Shown here: piece by piece, positions 45,407 to 54,300 of the stretch
Layout: every line of letters begins with the position of its first letter
How positions within the stretch are numbered: position 1 is the stretch's first letter
From: a virus
Virus record (IMG/VR): IMGVR_UViG_3300044981_000152
Coordinates: 35,221 to 99,220 of that record
Length of the DNA stretch: 64,000 bases
Strand: one strand, 5' to 3'
Notes under the pieces: model-generated
The model's database searches: none
Told to the model about the DNA's origin: nothing
Seen by the model: only the letters and a program-made list of their open reading frames with translations
Position numbers and translations under genes: made by a program

Positions 45407-45726
45407 TCGAGATCTACGGCGCATCCGATGACCTGATCGAGGTCGAAGGCTGCGAAGGCGCGGACGAGTTCGGCGCCGACGGCAAAGGCTGCTGGCAGGC
45501 TGATCTGATCGCCCCGGACGGCGGGGCGATGCGGATCCGCGCGGAGTACGACCCGGATGGCTCTGGCTGCTGGGTGATCTCGCTCAGCCAGGTTGACGAG
45601 TCAGCCCCGTTCCCGGATTGGGGCAACGGCGTCAATCAAGCGGAGAACGGGTATTCGACCCTCGTCCGCATCGATGCGCCCGAGGGTACGCGGCTCATGA
45701 ACGTGAAGCCAGCGCCGCGGTCATGA
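45403..45726 (+). CDS. conserved hypothetical phage protein
   Basis: IYGASDDLIEVEG...DEF motif. Confidence 0.75.
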   Translation: MIEIYGASDDLIEVEGCEGADEFGADGKGCWQADLIAPDGGAMRIRAEYDPDGSGCWVISLSQVDESAPFPDWGNGVNQAENGYSTLVRIDAPEGTRLMNVKPAPRS

Positions 45727-46049
45727 CCACCGCGAACCCGGAACCGTCCGGCAGCACCTACCCGAGGAAAGCCGCGACCCAGTCGCACGTCAACCACAGC
45801 GTGTGCCTGTGGGAACCGCAGGAACACGAGATCAGCCTCGCCGTCGCGGTGGACCCGGCCGACGGGCCGCTGTTCCCCTTCGATGACTTCTGGTACCTCC
45901 AGCTGGCAGGCGCCATGCACATCGGCCTCGGCAGGCACCCGGAGAGCGTAGCCTCCGACGCGGCGGCGATGCGGAAGCTGGCCGCGCTGGCGTTGGAGGT
46001 GGCGGGGGAACTGGAGCGCCGGGCGGCGGAGCAGAAGGACGGCGGATGA
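45723..46049 (+). CDS. hypothetical protein
   Basis: Coupled ORF. Confidence 0.55.
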   Translation: MTTANPEPSGSTYPRKAATQSHVNHSVCLWEPQEHEISLAVAVDPADGPLFPFDDFWYLQLAGAMHIGLGRHPESVASDAAAMRKLAALALEVAGELERRAAEQKDGG

Positions 46050-46267
46050 CGATCGATGAGGCCCGCGCGAACATCGGCCGTTTCGTCGAGTACCGGCCCC
46101 GCGACACGCCCGATGCCGGACCCGAGCGGGGCGTTATCGCCGCCGTCGGGCACGTCAAGGTGTTCGTGTGGCACGAGGGCCTGGACTGCTCGCAGGCAAC
46201 CGACCCGGCCGACCTGACGCTGGCGGCGGGGGAAAGCGCAGCGAGGGAGGATCACGAGGATGGCTGA
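46046..46267 (+). CDS. small SH3-like hypothetical protein
   Basis: IGRFVEYRP...ERGVI...VFV...QATDPADL. Confidence 0.65.
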   Translation: MTIDEARANIGRFVEYRPRDTPDAGPERGVIAAVGHVKVFVWHEGLDCSQATDPADLTLAAGESAAREDHEDG

Positions 46268-46607
46268 GACCGGGACCCCGGTCCCGTGGGATGAGATCGA
46301 CCCGCAGATCGTCGCGGCGCTGCACGCGCTCGCTGACCACGAGATCGACACGTTCAGCTCCTGCCAGGGCGGCCCCGGCCATCCCGGGTACGGCGGCATG
46401 CCCGTGATCCTGTTCCACGGCGACGATCATGCCGGGTCGTGGGCGGTGTGGCTGCTGGAGACGCAGGGATTCAAGGTGCAGACGCTATCGCGGCACTGGG
46501 ACCTGAATCACGGCCTGCCGCGCGCGCCGTTCTGGCAGGTGACGCTCCGGACCCTGGAGCCGACAGGACCGGGACCGGGAACCATCCGGGTACGCGGCGA
46601 TGACTGA
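46260..46607 (+). CDS. hypothetical protein
   Basis: IDPQI...L...IDTFSSCQG motif. Confidence 0.65.
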   Translation: MAETGTPVPWDEIDPQIVAALHALADHEIDTFSSCQGGPGHPGYGGMPVILFHGDDHAGSWAVWLLETQGFKVQTLSRHWDLNHGLPRAPFWQVTLRTLEPTGPGPGTIRVRGDD

Positions 46608-46824
46608 CTGTGACTGGTCCGAGCGCCGTCGTGTCGAGCGCGCAGTCACCGAGGCGTTCCGCCGGGCGGTCGAGGAGTCAGGGCTGCCGCCGCACCCGGA
46701 CGGCGAGTGCCCTGGACCGGACTGCCGGTGCGAGGAACTGGCCGATTCGATCGAGGCCCGCACTGAGGAACTGGCGGCAGCCAGGCTGGGCATCCCCGTC
46801 GCTGATCTGCGGCGAGCGACGTGA
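46600..46824 (+). CDS. hypothetical protein
   Basis: Coupled ORF. Confidence 0.5.
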   Translation: MTDCDWSERRRVERAVTEAFRRAVEESGLPPHPDGECPGPDCRCEELADSIEARTEELAAARLGIPVADLRRAT

Positions 46825-47268
46825 TGAAGGCCAGGAGCGATTACGGCCCCCATCAGCTCGCAGACTTCCTCGGCACCTTCCACGGCTCGGTCGACCGGGC
46901 CCGGCTATTCGGGCTGCTGCCGGAACCTGACCGCGCGCGGGCGCTGGTCTGCTGCTGCCGCCGAGGAGATCCGTGGCCGGTGGCCGGAGATCAAGGCGGC
47001 AGTCGAGTGCATCGGCGCTCCCGGACTGGCAAAGCGCGGCTGGACCGAGGCGATGATCCGCGACCTGCTGGGCGATCCGGACCTGCGGACCGACAACCCG
47101 CACTACAAGACCGCCGCACCGAGACGGCTGTGGCGGCTGCAGAAGGTGGAGGCGGCCGAGGCCCGCCCGGAGTTCGCCTCGCGGAGGGAACGCGCTGCCC
47201 GCCAGTGCGCCGCAGCAGGTAAGGCGGCGGAAACCCGGAAGATCTGGAAAGCGCTAGGAGGTACCTGA
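46821..47268 (+). pseudogene. frameshifted putative DNA-binding protein
   Basis: YGPHQLADFLG...LLPEPDR continues as RWSAAAAEEI...GWTEAMIRDLLG...NPHY in another frame near 46941. Confidence 0.55.
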
Positions 47269-47287
47269 TGCTGGCGGGCGAGGGACT

Positions 47288-47536
47288 GTGAGCAGGTGCC
47301 AGGCGGAATCACTGGACGGCCATGAGCACACCGGGGATGTCACCGAGTACGTGGGCATCTGCGTGCGAGGCCATGAACGGCGCGGCCTGGTCTGCGGCGC
47401 GTGCGCCAGGCCGCTGCGCGAGCGGGGGCCTGCGGCGGTGACCTGCGCCGAGTGCCCCGACGATGATCCCCGTCCGCGTATTCTCATGCTGGCCGAAGTC
47501 TGGGACGAGTGCGGGCTGGCGGGCGACGGGCGGTGA
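47288..47536 (+). CDS. Zn-binding hypothetical protein
   Basis: CxxxH and two CxxC motifs. Confidence 0.55.
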   Translation: MSRCQAESLDGHEHTGDVTEYVGICVRGHERRGLVCGACARPLRERGPAAVTCAECPDDDPRPRILMLAEVWDECGLAGDGR

Positions 47537-47706
47537 GCGCGGCAACCGATGCGAAGTACATGCAAGGCTGGGCTGACGGGAAAGCCGATAAAGATCCCGA
47601 CCCGGATGAGCTGGCCTACGGCAGCGACCGCCTCAATTCCTATGAGCGCGGCTATATCGATAGCGGCCACTCCGATACTCCGCTTTTGCGAGCGCGCGGC
47701 CTGTGA
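47533..47706 (+). CDS. small hypothetical protein
   Basis: YMQGWADG...YERGYIDS; GTGA overlap. Confidence 0.55.
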   Translation: MSAATDAKYMQGWADGKADKDPDPDELAYGSDRLNSYERGYIDSGHSDTPLLRARGL

Positions 47707-48080
47707 TGATGAGGCTGGCGAGTGAGGCGGACGCGCATCACGCGGGCTGACTCCGATGTCCCGGCAGCCCCTCCCGCGCCTATAGGATAGTAGCACGTTC
47801 CAGGGTCCGTCTGACCTGCGGAAACGCCTCCCTTTCTCATCGCTGCGAACTTCTCTCCTGATCGGTGCGTGTCCCGTCGTGCTGCCCTGGCTCCTGGTCG
47901 CCGCTGTCGTCCTCCTGCCCGTCATCCTGAGGATCTTCGCCGAGGGTGACGACCCGGGCAGCGGCCTGGTCCACCACTCAGGCGGCGACGAGCCGGAACA
48001 GGACGACCCCGGCGACGTACTCGCTGCGGCGTGAGCGAGCCGGCTTTGCGCCACGCGCCCCGCTAGGCCACAATTCCGCC

Positions 48081-49106
48081 ATGGTCCGCAAGTACGCCCC
48101 AGGGTACGACTTCCGTTCCAGTGAGTCCCTGTCCCAGCGTGACCGGGAACGAGACCAGCGGTCGCACCGGGCCAGCCCGCCGTCCCGGACCCCGCCCGCG
48201 CAGGAACCGGCCCCGGACACGCCTGTCGCGCTCGCCCGCCTCAACCCGCCGCTGAGGTCGGAACCCGGCGAGGACGGCAAGCACTCCTGTGCCCGGGGCG
48301 ACTGGTGCACGGCAAGCCAGTCCGTCACCGCCAACGGGGAGACGCGCCGCGTGCCGGAGCGCTGCTATCAGCCGTTCTGCCACCGCGACCGCCGCTGCCT
48401 TGAAACGGACCTGCAGCAGCTGCCCGCCCAGTTTGTCCATCTCGCCGCGGAGATAGGCAACCCGGTCCGCAACGGGCAGGTGATCCACGTGCCGTTCGGT
48501 CCCCGCTGCCCGATCCGCCTGGACGTGGACGCGCTGATGCGGGCCATCGAGGAGTCCCTGTCGTCCTGGCATGAGCGGGTCGCCGACGTGGACAGCCTCA
48601 GCTATCCGCTCACCGCCGATTCAAGGTTGCAGCGGCAGATGGTCGCCGTGCGCAACGCCGAGCGGGTCCTCATCCACCGGATCGAGCCGCTGCTGGCCCT
48701 CGGCCCGCAGGTGATGGAACGGACCCGCCGTGTCACCAGCGACCGTGACCCGAAAGGCCGCGGCACCGAGGACGTGCGGGAGAACGAGCCTCTGGACGGC
48801 GCCGACGCGGGCATGGAGATCTTCACCCTGCGCTGGCTGTGCCGCGCTGTCCTCGGCGAGACGAAAGCCAGGCCGGAGGAGCTGCTCGGCGTGCCGTGCC
48901 GGCGGGAGGAATGCGACACCCTGGCGCTGCGCCGCGCCGAGCTCCCCTCCGATCCGGGCGCCCCGGTGTGGTGGTCGGAATGCTCGGAGTGCGGAGACAA
49001 GCTCGCCGAGGAGGAATACCGGGACTGGACGGCCCGGTACGCCCGGTGGGCGCAGGCGCAGCAGAAGACTCCCGCCACCCTGGAGAACCTGCCCGGCGTG
49101 GCGTGA
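48081..49106 (+). CDS. Zn-ribbon protein, candidate late-transcription regulator
   Basis: Cys clusters at both ends; immediately upstream of a promoter-terminator unit and the late genes. Confidence 0.7.
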   Translation: MVRKYAPGYDFRSSESLSQRDRERDQRSHRASPPSRTPPAQEPAPDTPVALARLNPPLRSEPGEDGKHSCARGDWCTASQSVTANGETRRVPERCYQPFCHRDRRCLETDLQQLPAQFVHLAAEIGNPVRNGQVIHVPFGPRCPIRLDVDALMRAIEESLSSWHERVADVDSLSYPLTADSRLQRQMVAVRNAERVLIHRIEPLLALGPQVMERTRRVTSDRDPKGRGTEDVRENEPLDGADAGMEIFTLRWLCRAVLGETKARPEELLGVPCRREECDTLALRRAELPSDPGAPVWWSECSECGDKLAEEEYRDWTARYARWAQAQQKTPATLENLPGVA

Positions 49107-49113
49107 GAGGTCT

Positions 49114-49143
49114 TTGACGACGCGGCCGGACTTACAGTATGTT
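49114..49143 (+). promoter_or_regulatory. sigma70-type promoter (candidate late promoter)
   Basis: TTGACG-N18-TATGTT. Confidence 0.55.
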
Positions 49144-49164
49144 CGGCACCAGCAGTACCAGCGT

Positions 49165-49201
49165 GCCCCGTGACGGAGATGATCCGGCCGGGGCCTTTTT
49201 T
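49165..49201 (+). terminator. intrinsic terminator
   Basis: GCCCCG/CGGGGC stem followed by six T. Confidence 0.75.
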
Positions 49202-49217
49202 CATGCCCGGAGGCACG

Positions 49218-49496
49218 TTGCTGATCACCCGCGGCGATGGTCTCGTCGACCGCGACCAGGCCGCCGAGCTGTGCGGCGTCACCCCCGACGCGGTGACGAT
49301 CTGGTCGACGCGCGGCTACATGGTCACGGTCGCAGCCGACGGCGAGAAGCGGCGGGTGCGCAGGTTCCTGCCGGTCGCCAAGCGGGAAGGCCGCAAGCCC
49401 CTCTACAGCCCCGTCGAGTTGCAGAAGGCCGAGATCGCCACCCGCAAGCGCGGACGCCGCGAGGTCCGCCGTGACGCCTTTCCCGCCGCCGCCTGA
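49218..49496 (+). CDS. MerR/Xis-type HTH protein
   Basis: LVDRDQAAELCGVTPDAVTIWSTRG...PLY; GGAGG RBS before TTG. Confidence 0.75.
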   Translation: MLITRGDGLVDRDQAAELCGVTPDAVTIWSTRGYMVTVAADGEKRRVRRFLPVAKREGRKPLYSPVELQKAEIATRKRGRREVRRDAFPAAA

Positions 49497-49523
49497 CCCC
49501 GTGCCGAAGGGAACTCGCACCCC

Positions 49524-49799
49524 ATGACCCCGACCCTCGGCGCCGACGTCCTGGTCTTCACCGACCCGGCCCGCAACAACGGCTCGGACACCGCCCCGGC
49601 CAAGATCACCCGCGTGTGGACGGACCAGATGGTCAGCGTGCGGATCTTCTGCGACGGGCCGGATGACGGCCGGGCCACGGTGCTGCTGTACGAGTCCCGT
49701 GAGGCAGCCGCGGCCGCGCCGCGCGGCGCGGGGCGGCCGCCGTCCGGCGCCTGGCGGCCGGCCCTGGATCGCGGCCTGGTTGCATCTGGCCGTTCATAG
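49524..49799 (+). CDS. hypothetical protein
   Basis: APAKITRVW...VRIFCDG. Confidence 0.65.
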   Translation: MTPTLGADVLVFTDPARNNGSDTAPAKITRVWTDQMVSVRIFCDGPDDGRATVLLYESREAAAAAPRGAGRPPSGAWRPALDRGLVASGRS

Positions 49800-49882
49800 G
49801 TCTCCGGACCCCGTTACCCCACGCCGCTCCGGGCCACGGAACGGTAACAGTCCCCCGTTTCCCCACGTCAAGGAGCGTCGCC

Positions 49883-50188
49883 ATGTCCACTCCCGCCGCC
49901 CCCGCCCTCAAGCTCGCGACCGACAAGCCCCGGTACGCGCCCGGCGAGGAGATCACCCTCACCGCCGAGCTGGTCGCCCCGGCCCAGAACACGATCACCG
50001 TCTCCGCGACCGACCCGGCCACCGGCAACGTCGTCACCGGTGAGGTTACGGTGCTGGTCGACGAGCCGGTCACCGCAGACGTCCAGTTCGGCGTCTCGGA
50101 CTCGCGGGGTGACCAGTTCGTCCAGCAGTCCGCGGGCGGCGGTTCCGCGGTGCTGACGACCACGGTCGGGCCCGCGCCCGCAGCCTGA
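49883..50188 (+). CDS. small Ig-like beta-sandwich protein
   Basis: TDKPRYAPGEEITLT; AAGGAG RBS. Confidence 0.65.
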   Translation: MSTPAAPALKLATDKPRYAPGEEITLTAELVAPAQNTITVSATDPATGNVVTGEVTVLVDEPVTADVQFGVSDSRGDQFVQQSAGGGSAVLTTTVGPAPAA

Positions 50189-50348
50189 CCGGTGGCCCGT
50201 ATCTGCGCCGTCTGCCTGGAGCCATGGCCGTCCGATTGCGTCTGCCCCGACGAGGACGACGAGGCCCCGGATAGCACCGAAGGCGGCAGCCCGGCGTGAG
50301 CGAGCTGCTGCGCCGCCTGTTCCGGTCGCTGCGCGGCCCGCTGATGCC

Positions 50349-50693
50349 ATGCCCGCCGTAACCCGGCCGGCCGGCCGGCGCCACCCGCGCCGGGTCCTGG
50401 CCGCTGTCTCCGCCGTGTTCACTGCGGCGTGGGCTGTGCTGGACTCGCTGTCGCTTCCCGGCGCCTACTGGCTGGCCTGGCTCGCGGCGGGCTTCCTGGT
50501 CCCCGAGCTGTACGGGCTGGTCGTCAATCCTGGCCTGACCCTCAGCGAGAACGTGTGGCACCTTGAGGCCGTGAACGCCGGGCACCCGTTCGACATGGCC
50601 GCCTGGCGGCCCCTCCACTGGGCCGTCGCGGTGATGGTGTGGGGGCTGGCGGTGTGGCTTTCCGGGCACCTGCCGTTCGAGATCTGGCGCTAG
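50349..50693 (+). CDS. membrane protein
   Basis: TMs plus TLSENVW motif. Confidence 0.65.
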   Translation: MPAVTRPAGRRHPRRVLAAVSAVFTAAWAVLDSLSLPGAYWLAWLAAGFLVPELYGLVVNPGLTLSENVWHLEAVNAGHPFDMAAWRPLHWAVAVMVWGLAVWLSGHLPFEIWR

Positions 50694-50702
50694 GCTGCGG
50701 GC

Positions 50703-51143
50703 GTGAGCGTCTTCTATCCCCGGCTCAGCAAGCGCCCCTCATCAGCGGACCGGCTACGCCGGCTGCTGGCCGCGACCGGTGACCCGCTGCGCCTCTACAC
50801 GACCGAGACGCTCTACCGGGTCCAGGTCGACTACACCTGCCAGCTGCTGGACGTCGTAGACGAGGTGGCCGACGAGGTGACGGCCAGCCTGATCATGAGC
50901 GCCATCTATGAGCGCCTGATCAGCGACGGCGTATCGGAGGCCGCCAAGCGTATCCGGGAGACCCGCGCTGAGATGGAGCGGCTGATGTCCGTGCCGCCCT
51001 CGGCCGCGGTGACCGGCCGGGGCAGGCAGTATCCGGACGGCCCGCTCGAAGCTCCGCCCGGCGGCATCCGGCCCAGGCTGCAGCGCGAGCAGCCCGGTCA
51101 TGGCAGCTTCCCCGGTGACTACTGGCCGGAGACCGCTCCGTGA
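50703..51143 (+). CDS. hypothetical protein
   Basis: Protein-like ORF. Confidence 0.55.
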   Translation: MSVFYPRLSKRPSSADRLRRLLAATGDPLRLYTTETLYRVQVDYTCQLLDVVDEVADEVTASLIMSAIYERLISDGVSEAAKRIRETRAEMERLMSVPPSAAVTGRGRQYPDGPLEAPPGGIRPRLQREQPGHGSFPGDYWPETAP

Positions 51144-51336
51144 GCGACCAGCCCCCTGACCCCATCGCCACCGAAGACGGCCTGTACGCCGCTGTCGTAG
51201 ACGAGTACCGGGGACTCCGCCGGGCAGGTGCGGGGATCATCGCAGCAGCAGCTATCTCGGCGGCGCACCTGATGTTCGCGCAGAAGGCCAACGAGGACTA
51301 GTCCGGGTGCTAGCCTGCGGGGCTAGAATGAGCAAC

Positions 51337-51458
51337 TGAGGCCGGTTCCCGGACCTGCGCACCTGCGGGTCCCCGGCTAGGTGGGCACGAGCGGGCATGT
51401 TCGGAGCCTGGCCACCACTTGGCAGGTAGCCCTCCTAAGCGGGAGGGCACCGGCCTCA
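51337..51458 (+). ncRNA. putative structured small RNA
   Basis: TAGAAT -10 at 51324-51329; 10-bp closing stem TGAGGCCGGT/ACCGGCCTCA enclosing three helices. Confidence 0.55.
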
Positions 51459-51499
51459 CCGGCTCCTCCGCCCTCGCAGCGACCTTCCCACCGCAGACC

Positions 51500-51676
51500 T
51501 CACTTCCCGAACTGCCTCAGCACCCGGAACAGCGTACGGGTGAGGTCACGGCGGATGAGGCGCTTGCCGAGCACGGCGGGACCGCGCTGCGCGGCCTGAA
51601 AGTCGCCGATTGAGCGGGCCAGCAGGTAAGAGTCCCGCCTGACCCGCTCAAGACCTGACCGCTTGCGTGCCATCAT
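51500..51676 (-). CDS. small basic protein
   Basis: YLLARSIGDFQAAQRGPAVLGKRLIRR; coupled to the RHH gene. Confidence 0.65.
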   Translation of the reverse strand: MMARKRSGLERVRRDSYLLARSIGDFQAAQRGPAVLGKRLIRRDLTRTLFRVLRQFGK

Positions 51677-51948
51677 GCACCTGCTTTCGTAGTTCCGACG
51701 CAGGTCCCGCAAGCTCCGCACAGTCCCTTGTGGACGCGGGCCTGCGGGTGCGGGCAGTCCTGCTGTGCGGCGTGCTCGGAGGCCCACTCGTCCAGAACGG
51801 CCCGGAGGACCCGGCGCAGCAGTGTCTCCAGTGGTTCGGGCTGGCCGGCGTCGAGGCCGCGGCGGATCAGGTCGGCCGGGGCGACGCCCGATGCCTTGAC
51901 GCGCCCGGCGAGTTCATCGCTCAGGTAGACGCTGGTCTTCTTGCCCAC
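51673..51948 (-). CDS. ribbon-helix-helix-like regulator with Cys tail
   Basis: KKTSVYLSDELAGRVK...DLIRRGLD; TACAAT -10 and leaderless GTG. Confidence 0.7.
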   Translation of the reverse strand: MGKKTSVYLSDELAGRVKASGVAPADLIRRGLDAGQPEPLETLLRRVLRAVLDEWASEHAAQQDCPHPQARVHKGLCGACGTCVGTTKAGA

Positions 51949-52035
51949 CCCGACATTGTACCGCAACCTCTACCGTCATACCGCGTGATGTACCGCACAT
52001 GGAGCTGATCGGCCGGACCGGACGGAGGGAACCCC

Positions 52036-52620
52036 ATGACCACGGGAACCCGCGCCGGCAACGGGCGCTTCACCCGTACGGCCGCCACGATCAAGCGCGA
52101 CCACAAGGCCGCCGAGCTGCGCGGGCAGGGCTACAGCTTCCAGCGAATCGCCGACGAGCTCGGCTTCGCCTCCAAGGGCAAGGCGCACGAGGCCGTGATG
52201 CGCGCCTATGCCGACATCCCCTCCGAGGCCACCGAGCAGGCGAAGCGGCTGGACCTGGAGCGCATCGACCGGCTCATCGAGCACGCCTGGGCGATCATGC
52301 TCCGCGATCACGTCACCGTCTCCCAGGGCCGCGTCGTCGGCAAGGTCATCGGTGTCGAGCGGGACGAGCACGGCGCGGTCGTCACCGACGGCGACGGGAA
52401 GCCGGTCCTGATCTACGAGGACATCCTGGACGACGGCCCGGCCCTGGCCGCCATCCGTGAAATCCGCGGGCTGCTGGAGCGCCGCGCGAAGATCATCGGC
52501 TACGAGGCCCCGGCCCGCTCGCGTGTCGAGGTCGTGACCTCGGACATGATCGAGGCGGAGATCACCCGCCTGGAGGAAGAAGTTGGCAGGCTCGGCCCCG
52601 CTCATCCAGGCCCCGGCTGA
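52036..52620 (+). CDS. terminase small subunit-like HTH protein
   Basis: AAELRGQGYSFQRIADELG...ERRAKIIG; directly upstream of the large subunit. Confidence 0.8.
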   Translation: MTTGTRAGNGRFTRTAATIKRDHKAAELRGQGYSFQRIADELGFASKGKAHEAVMRAYADIPSEATEQAKRLDLERIDRLIEHAWAIMLRDHVTVSQGRVVGKVIGVERDEHGAVVTDGDGKPVLIYEDILDDGPALAAIREIRGLLERRAKIIGYEAPARSRVEVVTSDMIEAEITRLEEEVGRLGPAHPGPG

Positions 52621-54289
52621 GCGTCTCGCCTACCTGAAGCGGCTGCAGGCCGAGAAGCGCCGGCAGGAAGCCGAGCGATTCAAGAGCCTCGACGTGTTCT
52701 CGCTGATCGGGTACGAGCCGAACTGCCTGCCCCGGCACGAGGTCCGCAAGCGCATCGCGGCCGGGCTGGGCATAGCCGACCCGTTCGACCCGAGGGCCGC
52801 CGAAGCTGCCGCTCCGGATCTCCCCGAGCCGTGCGGCGAGTGCCCGCAGGAGCGTTTCCACGCGGCCACCGAAGACGCGGTGCTATATGGGGGGGCCAGC
52901 GGCGGGGGCAAGTCGTACGCGATCACGGCCGAGGGGATCCGCTGCTGCGTCAGGCACCCCGGCCTGCGCGTCCTGCTCGTCCGCCGGTCTTACGACGAGC
53001 TGGAAGAGTCGATCTTCCCGGCGCTGCGCAAGTTCGGCATGGCCGAGGCCGTCGGCGGGAAATGGAACGGCACGACCCGCGAGCTGAACTTCAGCAACGG
53101 CAGCGTGTTCCGGTTCCGCTACCTGGAGACCATCGAGGACGCCTCCCGCCGCCAGGGCGGCGAGTACCAGCTCCTGCTCGTCGATGAGATGACCCTGATG
53201 GCGCCCGGCGTGGTGGATATCCTGCGCTTCGAGCGGCTGCGGGCGTCCGGTGGCCTGCCCGTGATCGGCCTGCGCGCGACCACCAATCCCGGCGGCGCCT
53301 CGCACGGCCAGGTCCGCGGCGAGTTCATCGACGCCACCGACCACGGCCGCAAAGTAGTCACCGACAAGCACGGGCTGACGGTCAAGTTCATCCAGGCCAA
53401 GGCGACCGACAACCCGCACCTGGACGCAGGCCACCGGGCCCGCCTCGACGCGATCCCCGACCCGGCCCGCCGCGCGGCGATGCGGGACGGCGACTGGGAC
53501 CAGTGGTCGGGGATGATCTTCAAGCAGTACCGCTGGGAACGCCACACCATGGACCCAGTCGCCGTCCCGGCGACCTGGCGACGGTACAACGGCGTCGACT
53601 GGGGCCACCGCAGCCCGTGGGCGGTCCTGTGGGGCGCGGTCGACGCGGACGGCCGGGTGTGGATCTACCGGGAGATCTACGAGACCCGGGTCGGCGAGTC
53701 CGAGCAGGCCCGGCGCATCCTCGAGGCCGAGGCGGAAGACGAGCACGTCGCCGTCCGGTACGCCGACGATTCGATGTGGGCCCTTGAAGGCGACGCCCTC
53801 CCGAAGGCCCAGGTCTACGCGGAGAACGGCGTCCACCTGACCAGGGCCGGCAAGGGTCCCGGTTCCAGGGTCACCGGCTGGCAGCGGATCCACTCCTACA
53901 TGGCCGAGGCCCCGGCGTGCCCGCACCACAGGGCGAACGGCTGGGAAACCTGCCCGATGATCCACATCTTCCGCACCTGCGAGAAGACGATCTTCGAGCT
54001 GAAGAACCTCCCCTACGCCCGCACGGGAAATCCGGAAGACAGTGACTCGGCAGCGCCTGACCATGCGATGGACGCGCTCCGTTACCTGCTGGTGAACCTC
54101 GGCGGCGGCCCCGATTTCACCGTCTTCCCCGAGGACGGGACCTCCGCTATCGCCGAGGAGATCGGCCAGCCCCTGCAGCCGCTCGGCCCGTTCGCCATCC
54201 GCCCCTACGCCGACGACGACCTGGCCTACAGCGGGGACTACGAGGAGCAGGCGCAGCGGATCGTCCGCACTGTCAGGACCGCCGGATAG
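52583..54289 (+). CDS. terminase large subunit
   Basis: YGGASGGGKS, LLLVDE, TTNPGG, GVDWG, DHAMDALRY. Confidence 0.95.
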   Translation: MAGSAPLIQAPAERLAYLKRLQAEKRRQEAERFKSLDVFSLIGYEPNCLPRHEVRKRIAAGLGIADPFDPRAAEAAAPDLPEPCGECPQERFHAATEDAVLYGGASGGGKSYAITAEGIRCCVRHPGLRVLLVRRSYDELEESIFPALRKFGMAEAVGGKWNGTTRELNFSNGSVFRFRYLETIEDASRRQGGEYQLLLVDEMTLMAPGVVDILRFERLRASGGLPVIGLRATTNPGGASHGQVRGEFIDATDHGRKVVTDKHGLTVKFIQAKATDNPHLDAGHRARLDAIPDPARRAAMRDGDWDQWSGMIFKQYRWERHTMDPVAVPATWRRYNGVDWGHRSPWAVLWGAVDADGRVWIYREIYETRVGESEQARRILEAEAEDEHVAVRYADDSMWALEGDALPKAQVYAENGVHLTRAGKGPGSRVTGWQRIHSYMAEAPACPHHRANGWETCPMIHIFRTCEKTIFELKNLPYARTGNPEDSDSAAPDHAMDALRYLLVNLGGGPDFTVFPEDGTSAIAEEIGQPLQPLGPFAIRPYADDDLAYSGDYEEQAQRIVRTVRTAG

Positions 54290-54300
54290 GGAGGTCACGC

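Noticed and set aside
51337-51462. tRNA or tmRNA
   Set aside because: No TTCRA T-loop, D-loop or anticodon arm geometry; kept only as an unknown structured RNA
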